Source: Candidatus Eiseniibacteriota bacterium (GTDB lineage Bacteria > Orphanbacterota > Orphanbacteria > Orphanbacterales > Orphanbacteraceae). Taken from it: a DNA stretch of 41,182 bases. Shown piece after piece: positions 25,443 through 34,623 of this stretch (position 1 is the stretch's first letter; every line of letters begins with the position of its first letter). The DNA is taken from the NCBI GenBank assembly GCA_043809585.1, contig JBDROZ010000099.1, positions 1 through 41,182 on the forward strand, given 5' to 3'. The translations under genes were made by a program, and so were the position numbers. Below the pieces are notes generated by a model. That model had not been told where the DNA came from. It searched no databases and worked only from the letters and a program-made list of their open reading frames with translations.

Positions 25443-28400
25443 TCACCGGATCAGGGTGATCTTTCTCGTCGCCGTCTCTCCTCCCGCGCGGAGCCGGACG
25501 AAGTAGATTCCCGAGGCGACCGCGGCCCCCCGGGCGTCGGTGCCGTTCCAGAAGGCGGTCCGGTATCCGGCCGGCACCGGTTCGTCGACGAGGGTCTTCA
25601 CGCGGCGGCCCGTGAGGTCGAAAACGTCGACCGCGGCGTGCGCCGCCGTTCCCGCCCGGCCCGGCACGGTGAATCGGATCGTCGTGGCGGCGTTGAACGG
25701 GTTCGGCGCGTTGCCGAGAAGGGCGAGGGGCGCGGCCATAGGGCCGCCGTCGCCGCGGGCCACGCCCACCGGCTCGTTCGTTGCATCCGGCAGGCCGTCG
25801 CCGTTCCCGTCCACCGTCAAGGTCACGTAGTTGTCGAGATCCGGCGCCGTCGCCGAGATGTTGTCGGGCGCCTGATCGCCGCCGAGTTCGCCGTCCGGCT
25901 CCGGGTCCCAGGTGATCGACGCGACGAGGCTGATCGAGGCGCCGGGGGGCACGTTGCCCGCACCGAGGCCGTAGATGACGTCCCAGGGGATCGCCATCTC
26001 GCTTCCCCCCTCCGTCCCGTAGAAATGCGGGGAGTCGAATGCGGAAACGATGGACCCGCTGAAGTCCTGGGTGGTCGTGTCGCTCGTGATCTTCCAGAAG
26101 CTGTCCGAATCGAACGGGCCCTGGTGCTGGTAGCAGCCGTACTGGAAGTCGGCGGGGAAGGGGAGGTGGGCGCCCCGCTCCCAATGGTCGATCGAGTCGA
26201 GGTCCGACTCGCCGGCCGATCCGCCGGGGTTCGTGTCCAGGTAGAGAAGCCACGAGTTGCCGTGGACCATCCCCTCGATGCCGAGGTAGAGGAAGGTGCC
26301 GTCCCAGGTCATCCAGAGACCGTTGATGTCGTTCGTGTCCCCCGGGGCGGGGGTCGTCCACTGGCTGTCCCAGTCGTCGTTCACGACCCGCATGGCGGAG
26401 GTCCACTCGCCCGGATCGAAGTAGCCGTCGATGGTGATCATCGTCGCCGGCGCCACGGTGATCTGGATGTCGTCCGTGTGATCCTGGGCGTCGTTGCCGT
26501 TCCCCGCCTCGTCCCGCACCGTGTTCGCGGCCAGCATCAGCTCGAGGGTGTTCGGGCTGAGCGCGTCGATCGCCGCCGCCGTCGAGGCGTCGAGGTCGAT
26601 GTCGATCCGGACGCTGTTGTTCACGGTCCTGACCGAGCAGCCCGCCGAGAAGGTCACGTCCGCCGCGCCGTCGTCGTCGTCGTCCACCGAGAAGCCGGTC
26701 ACCGTCACCTGATCGTATTTCACGACTTCGTTGAACCGGATCGAGATCCGGTCGGGAGTCGGGAAGTAGGTCGCGGAGATCGCACCCGGCGCGAGCGTGT
26801 CGGTGAGGGCGGTCGCGAGGGCTTGGAGCTCGGCGACGTTGCCGTTCCCGTCGGGCGGCGCCGTCTCGCCGGCGAAGAGGTACACCTCGAACTGCCCGCT
26901 TCCGAAGATCTCGTCCACGCCGAGCAGGGTCGAGTTGTACTGCAGGTTGAAGCGGGCCCCGCCCCCCCCCACGACCATCGCCGCCGTGGCCCCTGAGTTC
27001 GGGTTCCGCTGGCCGAAGTAGGCCCCCGCGGCGGGCGTCGCCGCCCAGATCCGGTCGCTTTCGGCGTTCCAGATCAGGTCGAGGAGGTCGGGGGAGAAGC
27101 CGCTCTTCATGTAGACATCCTGGCCCCCGGCGTCGTAGATCACGCCGATATGCTTGGCGCCGGACGTCAGGTTCAGCCGCTTCTTCACGTTCGGGTGGAC
27201 CAGGTCGAGGGTGACCGTGCCCCCCGAGCCGGCAACGACGTCGATCGAGTACGTGTCGTGCTCCCGGTCGAGGCCGGCCACGGAGACGTCCGAGAGACCG
27301 CCCGTGTGGTTCCCCTCGTTGTAGTCCCCTTCCGTGTCCGCCCAGTAGACGTTGCAGTTCCCGATCACCGAGTACTCGTCCCCCGCCTCTTGCGCGAAGA
27401 GATAGACGATCCGCCCGCCGATCGGCTCGATCACGGCGAAGAGGTTCTCATTGTAAATGACGCCTTCGTCCTCGCCGTCCTCGTCGATGTCGGAAAGGTA
27501 GGCGCCCGTGGCCGCGGGGTAGTCGCCGTTCGCCCACCGCGACGCCTCCGCGTAGACGTTCGCGTTCTTGATGTGGTTCGAGTAGCGGTAGATCCACCCG
27601 CTGATCTCTCCGTTGTCGTGCCAGCCGGTCTCGTGGAGGTTCGTCATCATCACGTACCACGCCGTTTCGGAGAGGTCGTTCGCGGGGGAGCCCATGATCT
27701 TGTTGTACGTGTTGTTCCAGATCGTCCCGTAGTCCCAGGTCGGCACGTGGAAGTCCCAGACGTGCTGGGGATCGTCGTAGGCCGCCCAGTCGATGTACCA
27801 CGAGTTGTTCCCCCCGCCGTAACCCCACTTGCCGCCCAGAAGCCCGTAGGTCCCGTTCTGGATCGTCGGGTTGTTGGAGCGGAGGAACGCCCCGTGATGG
27901 ATCGCGTCGGAGAGCTTCCAGACCGCCACGGTGCCGCTGTTGATCGAACACTGCTGCAAGACGTTGATCCAGTTGTTGAGGGCCCACGCGTTCGAAGCTC
28001 CTTGGCTCACTTCGGAGGGGATCTCCCAGTCGTTTCCGTAGACCAGGATCTCGTCTGACGAGAGGCCGATGATCATGTTCCACGCCGAGCCCCAGTCGTT
28101 GTCCATGTTCCCCACGAAGTCGCCGTCCATGGGGATGAATTTGAGGCCGCTCGAGTGGATGTAGATATGACGGTCGTCGAAGACGTTGTTGTAGTAGTCG
28201 AGGTGAATGTAGTCGTCGAGCATCACCGCCCGGACGCCGTGGGGAAGCCAGTCGTCGAGCAGGGTGTTGTCGACGACGCCCCCGTCGGCGGCGATCCCGT
28301 TCCCGTCGTTGTCCGGGTTCTCGAGCCAGACCCGCTCCGGCACCCACGCCACCGTCGCCGTGTCGCCGTAACGCCAGTCGGACATCACTTTCTCGATGTT

Positions 28401-29450
28401 CACCGCCCAGTCGTTCATGTCGTCTTGGACGAAGGGCATCATGTGCTGGGCGTAGGCGGACGTGATGATGTCCCCCCATCCGTTCGAGACGGCGGCGGCC
28501 ATGGAATCGTTGAACTCGGGGTTGTGCCACTCCGCCGCGGTCTGGAGCTGCCCGGCGAGGTGCATGTTCAGCGGGATCTGGTAGTACCGGTGGGCGTCCA
28601 GAATCTCGTCGAAGCCGTCGTCGGGGTTGGCGGGGTCACCCGGCCCGGCGGCGTTCTCGCCCCGCTCGCCGTAGAAGACCGTGGTCCACGTGAGCCCCTG
28701 GTTGCCGTGCACCATGAACGCCACGTTGTGATCGCCCGCGAGGGCCCCGTTGTCCGTGACGATGTCGTCGATCATCTCTTCGCCCCGGGCCGTGAAGACG
28801 TAGAAACGGACCGGTGTCGCGTCCCGTGCGGCCAGGGAGGGCGCGATCGTCTCGTAGGAGACGCCCGACTTCCCCGCCGCGGCGAGGGCGGCCTCCTCGA
28901 AGCCGCCGGGGAGCCAGATCTCCCCCTCCACCATATGGTGCCGGGAGGTGACGAGGGCGCTCTTGATCCGCTCCGTCTCGGACGGGTTCATCGAATCGTC
29001 GAGAAGGGCCGCCCGGAGATCACCGCCTTCGTAGCCCAGCCGGAGGACCCGGTCCCAGGCAATCGGCGATTCGCCGGCGATCCCGTCGGGGAGCGCGGTG
29101 GTCCCTCCTTCGAGATAGTCGAGGGCGACGTACAGCCGGACGCCGGAGTCCCGCATCCGGTTCGTTTTGCCGTCGTACGATCCGAGGTCCTTCACCTGGG
29201 CCCGGAAGACGAGACGGTCCGTGTTCTGGTCGTAGTAAAACGCCATCAGATCGCCGCCCCCGGCGTCCGAGCGGACGTCGTAGACCGGATCGAGCGCCCT
29301 CCCATGCTCCGCTCCGTAGAGGGACGGATCCCCGAGCGCCTCGATTCCGGGGGCGGGGACGGCCGGAGGCGACCAGGCGGGGGCGGCGGTCGGAACGAGA
29401 ATCGAAAGGGCGGCGAGGGTTCCGCGAAGGCGGGCGCGGGTCGTCGACAT
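25443..29450 (-). CDS. Secreted multidomain GH57-family glycoside hydrolase with CBM9/DOMON-like domain and FlgD-Ig/T9SS-like CTD (about 1335 aa)
   Basis: Start ATG 29450 with signal peptide; GH57-like regions MVHGNQ, WVPERVW (nucleophile Glu) and YGNDWE (acid/base Asp); C-terminal PNPFNAATTIRF...VFDLTGRRVKTL...SGIYFVRL...KITLIR. Confidence 0.78.
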   Translation of the reverse strand: MSTTRARLRGTLAALSILVPTAAPAWSPPAVPAPGIEALGDPSLYGAEHGRALDPVYDVRSDAGGGDLMAFYYDQNTDRLVFRAQVKDLGSYDGKTNRMRDSGVRLYVALDYLEGGTTALPDGIAGESPIAWDRVLRLGYEGGDLRAALLDDSMNPSETERIKSALVTSRHHMVEGEIWLPGGFEEAALAAAGKSGVSYETIAPSLAARDATPVRFYVFTARGEEMIDDIVTDNGALAGDHNVAFMVHGNQGLTWTTVFYGERGENAAGPGDPANPDDGFDEILDAHRYYQIPLNMHLAGQLQTAAEWHNPEFNDSMAAAVSNGWGDIITSAYAQHMMPFVQDDMNDWAVNIEKVMSDWRYGDTATVAWVPERVWLENPDNDGNGIAADGGVVDNTLLDDWLPHGVRAVMLDDYIHLDYYNNVFDDRHIYIHSSGLKFIPMDGDFVGNMDNDWGSAWNMIIGLSSDEILVYGNDWEIPSEVSQGASNAWALNNWINVLQQCSINSGTVAVWKLSDAIHHGAFLRSNNPTIQNGTYGLLGGKWGYGGGNNSWYIDWAAYDDPQHVWDFHVPTWDYGTIWNNTYNKIMGSPANDLSETAWYVMMTNLHETGWHDNGEISGWIYRYSNHIKNANVYAEASRWANGDYPAATGAYLSDIDEDGEDEGVIYNENLFAVIEPIGGRIVYLFAQEAGDEYSVIGNCNVYWADTEGDYNEGNHTGGLSDVSVAGLDREHDTYSIDVVAGSGGTVTLDLVHPNVKKRLNLTSGAKHIGVIYDAGGQDVYMKSGFSPDLLDLIWNAESDRIWAATPAAGAYFGQRNPNSGATAAMVVGGGGARFNLQYNSTLLGVDEIFGSGQFEVYLFAGETAPPDGNGNVAELQALATALTDTLAPGAISATYFPTPDRISIRFNEVVKYDQVTVTGFSVDDDDDGAADVTFSAGCSVRTVNNSVRIDIDLDASTAAAIDALSPNTLELMLAANTVRDEAGNGNDAQDHTDDIQITVAPATMITIDGYFDPGEWTSAMRVVNDDWDSQWTTPAPGDTNDINGLWMTWDGTFLYLGIEGMVHGNSWLLYLDTNPGGSAGESDLDSIDHWERGAHLPFPADFQYGCYQHQGPFDSDSFWKITSDTTTQDFSGSIVSAFDSPHFYGTEGGSEMAIPWDVIYGLGAGNVPPGASISLVASITWDPEPDGELGGDQAPDNISATAPDLDNYVTLTVDGNGDGLPDATNEPVGVARGDGGPMAAPLALLGNAPNPFNAATTIRFTVPGRAGTAAHAAVDVFDLTGRRVKTLVDEPVPAGYRTAFWNGTDARGAAVASGIYFVRLRAGGETATRKITLIR

Positions 29451-29592
29451 GGAAATACTCCTCACGATGGCGGACAGGGGAGCGGGGTGTAGGGCACACA
29501 CGAGAAACGGTCCGCCGGCCCCCGCCCGGAGCGTGGGAGGGGGCTCCGACGGTCGGCGCGGACCGCGCCCGCATCTTCTAAATAGCGAATTA

Positions 29593-29621
29593 ATTATACC
29601 ATCGCCTCGCCGCCCGATCAA
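29593..29621 (-). promoter_or_regulatory. Sigma70 promoter for the GH57 gene
   Basis: Minus strand TTGATC (29621-29616), 17 nt, TG-G-TATAAT (-10 at 29598-29593); the -35 overlaps the GH13 stop codon. Confidence 0.7.
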
Positions 29622-32257
29622 TCGCTTCCGGCCGACTCGGGGAATGCGAGGACCGCCCCCGCGAAGGGCTCGAGCCGGATCGTGAGCGCGTCCTCTTCGA
29701 AGGCGAGGTCCTGTCCGGCGAAGAGATCCCGGGCCCTCTCCGCGGGGAAGGGGAGGGCCGCCGCCTCGAGGACGATCTCCGCCGGGGCGTTGCCGGCGTT
29801 CAGGATCACCGCGAGCCGGTCGCCTCCCTTCCAGCGGGCGAAGGCGAAGAGATTCCGGTCGGCGAGGAGGGTCCGGAAATCGCCCCGCCGGAGCGCCGGG
29901 TGCTCCCGCCGCATCCCGAGATAATGCCGGATCCGCTCCCGGATCGCCCGGGCCGAGGGCTCCTCGAGTCGCTTCCACCCGAAGGGCCGGCGGCAGTCCG
30001 GGTCGGGCCCGCCCGCCATGCCGATCTCGTCCCCGTAGTAGATGTGGGGCGCGCCGATGTAGGTGACCGAGAAGAGGGTGGCGAGAAGGAGGCGGCGCGT
30101 GTCACCGCCGGCGGACGTGAGGAACCGCTCCGTGTCGTGGGAGCCGAGGAGGTTCATCGCGCCGAGGACCGACGGGAGGGGGTACGAGTACCGCCCGCCC
30201 GCGATTTGGAGGTCGAATGTCCTCGCGTCGATCCGGCTCTGGGCGAAAAAGGCGAGGGCCGGCTCCCGGAAGTACCTGTAGTTCATGGTCGCGTCGAACT
30301 GGAGCGGCGAGAGCTCGCTCGCGGCGTCCCCCCAAAGCTCGGCGATCACGTAGCCGTCGGGCTTCACCTTCCGCACTTCCTCGCGGAAGAGCTTCCAGAA
30401 CCAGGCCGGGACCTCGTTCGCCACGTCGAGCCGGAAGCCGTCCGCCCCCAGGTCGCCGAGCCAGAATCGGACCGTCTCCCGGATCTCTTCGATGACGGGC
30501 CAGTTCGGTTTCGCGTCGGAGACGCGCCGCGCCTCCTGCTCCACCGGGCCGAGGCGGGCGAGGTCGAAGTTCAGGTTCGGAAGGTCGCCGAAGCCCCACC
30601 AGCAGTCGTAGTAGTCGATCGCCTTCTCCGAGGGGCCCCACGATTCGGGGATGGGCCACTTCTTCCACTCGTACCACGTCCAATAGGGGGACTCCTTCCC
30701 CTTCTCCACGCACTCCCGGAAGGCGTAGTGACAATTCCCCGTGTGGTTGAAAACGCCGTCCACGACGATCCTCATGCCCGCCTCGTGGACCGTCTCCGCG
30801 AGTGCCCGGAACGCCTCGTTGCCGCCGAAATGCGGGTCCACCTCCCGGTAATCGCAGGCGTCGTACTTGTGATTCGACTTGGCCGTGTGGAGGGGATTGA
30901 AGTAGAGAATCGTGACCCCGAGGTCCTTCAGGTAGGGGATCATCTCCTGCACGCCTTCGAGATCGCCGCCGTAGAAGGAGAAGTAGTCGGGCCGGCCATC
31001 GGTCCGGTAGGGGCTCTTCTTCAAGCCCTCCACGTCGTACCAATCGTGCACGAGATGGTAGTATTCCCCGTTCGTCGTTCCCGACTCGGGAAGCTCCGTC
31101 TTCCCCGCGTACCAGGGCTCGGAGAAATCGGGGTCGTTCTTCTTGCTTCCGTTCCGGAACCGCTCCGGGAAGATCTGGTAGAAGACTCCGTCCACCACCC
31201 AGTCGGGCATGGAAAAGAGGGGGTTCTGCATCGGCCCGACCGGAATCAGATCCGCGTCCGACGCTTTCTCGGTGAGGCCCGTCCGGGTCATGATCCGCTC
31301 CGCGGAGCCGTCCCGGAAAAGAACCCCGAGCCGCCCTTCCGTTTCGACCGGCATCTCCAGCTCCCCCCGGAAGTAAGTGTAGCGGCCGTCTTCGCCGATC
31401 CCGCGCATGGGAAGACGGGTCTCCTCTCCCCGGCGCCGGAAGAGGAGGGAGGCGCCGGTCACGTCCCCCTGGAAGGCCCGGGCGGTGACCACGAGGCGCT
31501 CCGGTTCGGTCCGCACGATATGGGCGTCGGTCTCCAGATTCAGGGTTCCCTCCCGGATGCTCCCGTCTCCCGCCACGATCGCGACCTTGGGGAAGCGGTC
31601 GTCGACGAGGAGGACCGAATTCAACCCCCCGAACCCGTCGTCGACGGTCCGGTCGTTCTCCGCATCGTGGCGCCAGACGCCGTCGGCGACGAATTTGTAG
31701 AGGACCTCTCCCGGACCGAGGAGAAGGGTGGTGGCGAAGGCCCCCTCCGAGTCGGGGCCGGACATGGGGAGGGCGTCCGGTTTCCACTCGTTGAAAGTCC
31801 CCGCCAGGAAAACCCGGCTCGGGACCGGGTCGCCCCGGAAGAAGAACTTCACTTCCCGCATTTCGGTCCCCGCCGACTTCTTGATCGGGCCGATTCGGTA
31901 GGTCTCCGGCTTCGGTCGCGCGCCGCCGGCGTAGATCACCGAGTTGGCCGATCCGTACGGGTTCGGCGCCGACTCGGAAGCTCCCGGGTCTTCCACCCAA
32001 TCGCCGTCGACGACGAACTTGTACTCGTGACGGCCGGGGGCGAGGTCGAGGGTCGCTTCGAAAATGCCGTTGCCGTCCTCGTCGGTCAGGGCGTCGGCGG
32101 CCGGGTCCCACTGGTTCCAGTCGCCCGCCACGAAGATCTGCTCCGCGTCTTTCCCGGGGGCGTAGCGGAAGGTGACCGGATCCGCAGCGGCGGGCCCGGA
32201 GGCGGCGGCGAGGAGCAGGACGGGAAACAGGGAAAAGAAGAAGGGGCGGACGCGCAT
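29618..32257 (-). CDS. GH13 neopullulanase/cyclomaltodextrinase-like alpha-amylase family enzyme with signal peptide and two N-terminal CBM48-like domains
   Basis: FYQIFPERF, GGDLEGV, SNHKYD, DGVFNH, DGFRLDVANE (nucleophile), AELW (acid/base), GSHD, YYGDEIGM; two GxWN/FNxW...YKFVxDGxW..D modules. Confidence 0.92.
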   Translation of the reverse strand: MRVRPFFFSLFPVLLLAAASGPAAADPVTFRYAPGKDAEQIFVAGDWNQWDPAADALTDEDGNGIFEATLDLAPGRHEYKFVVDGDWVEDPGASESAPNPYGSANSVIYAGGARPKPETYRIGPIKKSAGTEMREVKFFFRGDPVPSRVFLAGTFNEWKPDALPMSGPDSEGAFATTLLLGPGEVLYKFVADGVWRHDAENDRTVDDGFGGLNSVLLVDDRFPKVAIVAGDGSIREGTLNLETDAHIVRTEPERLVVTARAFQGDVTGASLLFRRRGEETRLPMRGIGEDGRYTYFRGELEMPVETEGRLGVLFRDGSAERIMTRTGLTEKASDADLIPVGPMQNPLFSMPDWVVDGVFYQIFPERFRNGSKKNDPDFSEPWYAGKTELPESGTTNGEYYHLVHDWYDVEGLKKSPYRTDGRPDYFSFYGGDLEGVQEMIPYLKDLGVTILYFNPLHTAKSNHKYDACDYREVDPHFGGNEAFRALAETVHEAGMRIVVDGVFNHTGNCHYAFRECVEKGKESPYWTWYEWKKWPIPESWGPSEKAIDYYDCWWGFGDLPNLNFDLARLGPVEQEARRVSDAKPNWPVIEEIRETVRFWLGDLGADGFRLDVANEVPAWFWKLFREEVRKVKPDGYVIAELWGDAASELSPLQFDATMNYRYFREPALAFFAQSRIDARTFDLQIAGGRYSYPLPSVLGAMNLLGSHDTERFLTSAGGDTRRLLLATLFSVTYIGAPHIYYGDEIGMAGGPDPDCRRPFGWKRLEEPSARAIRERIRHYLGMRREHPALRRGDFRTLLADRNLFAFARWKGGDRLAVILNAGNAPAEIVLEAAALPFPAERARDLFAGQDLAFEEDALTIRLEPFAGAVLAFPESAGSD

Positions 32258-32311
32258 GGCTCACTCCTTAGTATGGGGTCGGTCACGGGACCGGGCCGAT
32301 CGTGCGCCCGT

Positions 32312-32340
32312 ATCGTACCCCCCCCGGACGCCCCGCTCAA
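32312..32340 (-). promoter_or_regulatory. Divergent promoter (leftward, GH13)
   Basis: Minus strand TTGAGC (32340-32335), 17 nt, TACGAT (32317-32312). Confidence 0.5.
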
Positions 32341-32354
32341 GAGGGCGGTAGCCC

Positions 32355-32384
32355 TTGACGGACCGAAGGGGGCGCTGATATCCT
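32355..32384 (+). promoter_or_regulatory. Divergent promoter (rightward, outer-membrane operon)
   Basis: TTGACG (32355-32360), 18 nt, TG-A-TATCCT (-10 at 32379-32384). Confidence 0.5.
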
Positions 32385-32425
32385 CTCGCACCGAAAGACG
32401 GAATCGACCCACCGGTGGAGATTCG

Positions 32426-33742
32426 ATGACTGCGAAGACCCTCTGCCTTGTCCCGGCGGTCCCCGCGTTCTCCCTGCTCGCGGCCCTCTTGTGGCCCGCT
32501 TTGACGGCCGCCGAAACCGCCCCGGATCTCTCGGACCGCATCGTGATCGACGGATACTCCTCGGATTTCGCCGAGGACGAGGCGGTGTTCGTGGACACCC
32601 TGATCGACGTGAACGGCGACGGGGTGCCCGAAGCGGTCTCCCAGGAGAGGGACAACGACTCGAAGTGGGGGTTCAACAACGACATCAACCAGATCAAGAT
32701 CACCTGGGACGCGGAGAACCTGTACGTCGCCGTCGACGGGATCTCGTGGGACAACAACATCATCCTCCTGTTCGACTATCTCCCCGGCGGCCTCGACCGG
32801 ATGACGGAGCTGAACTCGTGGCGGCGGAACTTCGTCTTCGCCGGCAACTTCTTTCCCGATCTCTTCCTCGCCACATGGGACGGCAACACGACCCCCCAGA
32901 TCTGGCGCTACGCGAACGAGAATCAGGTGACCCAGGTCGACATCTCCCTCTTCGAGACGGTGGCCACCTTCGCCCAGGGGAACCCGGGGCGGTCCATGGA
33001 GGCCCGGATTCCGTGGACCGTGTTCTACGGCCGGAAGCTCGACCGGCGTTACAGCGCGGAGATCCGCGACTCGGTCTACGTGCTGCCCGCCGGCCTCGAT
33101 CCATCCCGCTCGATCCGCGTCTGTGCGATTCTGACGGCGGGGGGGGACGGCACGGGGGGGCCCGATTCCGCGCCCGACAATCTGGGGGGGCACAACATCG
33201 AATCCTCGTTCCAGGTGGTGATCGACAACTTCGCGATCGTGCCCCTCGACACCACCTACTACATGACCTCCACCGGGCGGCGCGTCTATGACTGGGAAGA
33301 GGGGGTCGCGGATACGGTTTCCGCCGACGGTTCGCCCGATCTCGGGGTGGGCATCTCCGAGAGGCGTGCGTTCTTCATCGTCCCGCCGGTGATCCCGAAG
33401 AACTTCACCTTCAGTGATCTCCGTTTCGAGCGACCCGTCATCTCCCCCGAGCGGGGGGAGTTCCTTCGATTCGACTTCCGGTTTTCCCCCGAGCCGGATA
33501 CGCTCGACTTCTTCCGGTTCGTCCGGGTGAGCGCCGAGATCTATGATCTCCGCGGGGAGCGGGTCCGGGTGCTCTACCGGGACGACGCGAGGAGCGCCAT
33601 CTCTCCCGTCGATCCGGGACGGGACTTCTGGGACGGCCGGGACGAGAGCGGACGGTTCGTGCCCGGGGGGATCTACCTGCTTCGCTTCGTGGTGGAGCCC
33701 GGGGTCTTCCGCACGACGAAAGGGTTCTCGGTGGTCCGATGA
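32426..33742 (+). CDS. Exported protein: CBM9/DOMON-like domain plus atypical FlgD-Ig/T9SS-like C-terminal domain
   Basis: GGAG RBS, ATG 32426, signal peptide; IVIDG...DINQIKITWDAENLYVAVDG...MEARIPW; C-terminal AEIYDLRGERVRVL...WDGRDESGRFVPGGIYL...FSVVR. Confidence 0.68.
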   Translation: MTAKTLCLVPAVPAFSLLAALLWPALTAAETAPDLSDRIVIDGYSSDFAEDEAVFVDTLIDVNGDGVPEAVSQERDNDSKWGFNNDINQIKITWDAENLYVAVDGISWDNNIILLFDYLPGGLDRMTELNSWRRNFVFAGNFFPDLFLATWDGNTTPQIWRYANENQVTQVDISLFETVATFAQGNPGRSMEARIPWTVFYGRKLDRRYSAEIRDSVYVLPAGLDPSRSIRVCAILTAGGDGTGGPDSAPDNLGGHNIESSFQVVIDNFAIVPLDTTYYMTSTGRRVYDWEEGVADTVSADGSPDLGVGISERRAFFIVPPVIPKNFTFSDLRFERPVISPERGEFLRFDFRFSPEPDTLDFFRFVRVSAEIYDLRGERVRVLYRDDARSAISPVDPGRDFWDGRDESGRFVPGGIYLLRFVVEPGVFRTTKGFSVVR

Positions 33743-34623
33743 AGAGAACCGTCTGCGTAGCGATTCTCGCCCTGGCCTTCGCAGGTCCGGCGTGGTCCTA
33801 CTTCGACCGGCTCGAAGTGGGGAGCCGCGCCCTCGCCATGGGCAAGGCGTTCCACGCCATCGCCGACGATCCGTCGGCGGTCTACTGGAACCCGGCCGGT
33901 TTCGGCTGGCAGCGGCGGAACCAGGCCCTCTTCGCCCACTACCGCCCCTATGTGGTGGAGGACCTTTCCGTCAACTTCGCGGCCCTCACCCTCCCGGTGC
34001 CGAAGAGGATCGGCACACTGGGGCTCGGCTGGCACCACACGGGCCTCGCGGACGTGGTCTCCGAGGACCTCTTCTTCTTCTCCCTCGGGCGCCGGTCCTC
34101 CCTCCCCGCCGTGGGGGACGTCGGCGTCGGCGTCACGGGAAAGATTTTCCGCGTCGGCTACCAGAACTTCACCGACCTCGAGACCCTGGAAGAAGTCGAC
34201 TACGGATCTCAGACGAAGTTCGCCGTCGACGTCGGCGCCATCGTCCAGCCGACCGACCTCATCCGGGTCGGCCTGATCGTCCGAAATATCGGCGAGCCGG
34301 AGTTCGACTTCGTGAGCGGGAACGGAGGCACCCGCATGGAGGCGGAGGCGGAAGGGTCCGTGAGCTACCGCTGGAACGAGGCGTCCCTCGTCTCCGCCGG
34401 GTTCGCCCGGGACCGGCGGGGGGACTACCGGCCGATGGCGGGGGGGGAGGTGACGTTCTTCGACGTCTTCGCCCTCCGGAGCGGCGTTTTCGATTACGAG
34501 TTCTGGGGGGGATTCGGCATCCTCACGGGTTCCTGGTTCTTCGACGCCGGATTCAACACGCACAAGGACCTCGGCGTCTCCTACATGGCGTCCGTCACGG
34601 TCCCCTTCGGGAGGGAGCGATGA
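33739..34623 (+). CDS. PorV/PorQ-family (FadL-like) outer-membrane beta-barrel protein
   Basis: GSRALAMGKAFHAIADDPSAVYWNPAG signature; amphipathic beta-strands; ATGA overlaps at both ends. Confidence 0.8.
   Translation: MKRTVCVAILALAFAGPAWSYFDRLEVGSRALAMGKAFHAIADDPSAVYWNPAGFGWQRRNQALFAHYRPYVVEDLSVNFAALTLPVPKRIGTLGLGWHHTGLADVVSEDLFFFSLGRRSSLPAVGDVGVGVTGKIFRVGYQNFTDLETLEEVDYGSQTKFAVDVGAIVQPTDLIRVGLIVRNIGEPEFDFVSGNGGTRMEAEAEGSVSYRWNEASLVSAGFARDRRGDYRPMAGGEVTFFDVFALRSGVFDYEFWGGFGILTGSWFFDAGFNTHKDLGVSYMASVTVPFGRER

Noticed and set aside
29575-29595. LacI/MalR-type operator downstream of the GH57 promoter (CTAAATAGCGAATTAATT)
   Set aside because: AT-rich with a central CG but poor dyad symmetry, and no second copy found at the divergent promoters.
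29451-29978. N-terminal extension of the 1511-aa ORF
   Set aside because: Overlaps the GH13 gene and its own promoter; the signal peptide begins at ATG 29450.
29900-32425. 5' part of the 1280-aa plus-strand ORF 29900..33742
   Set aside because: Antisense shadow of the GH13 gene in high-GC DNA; the real gene starts at ATG 32426 with RBS and signal peptide.
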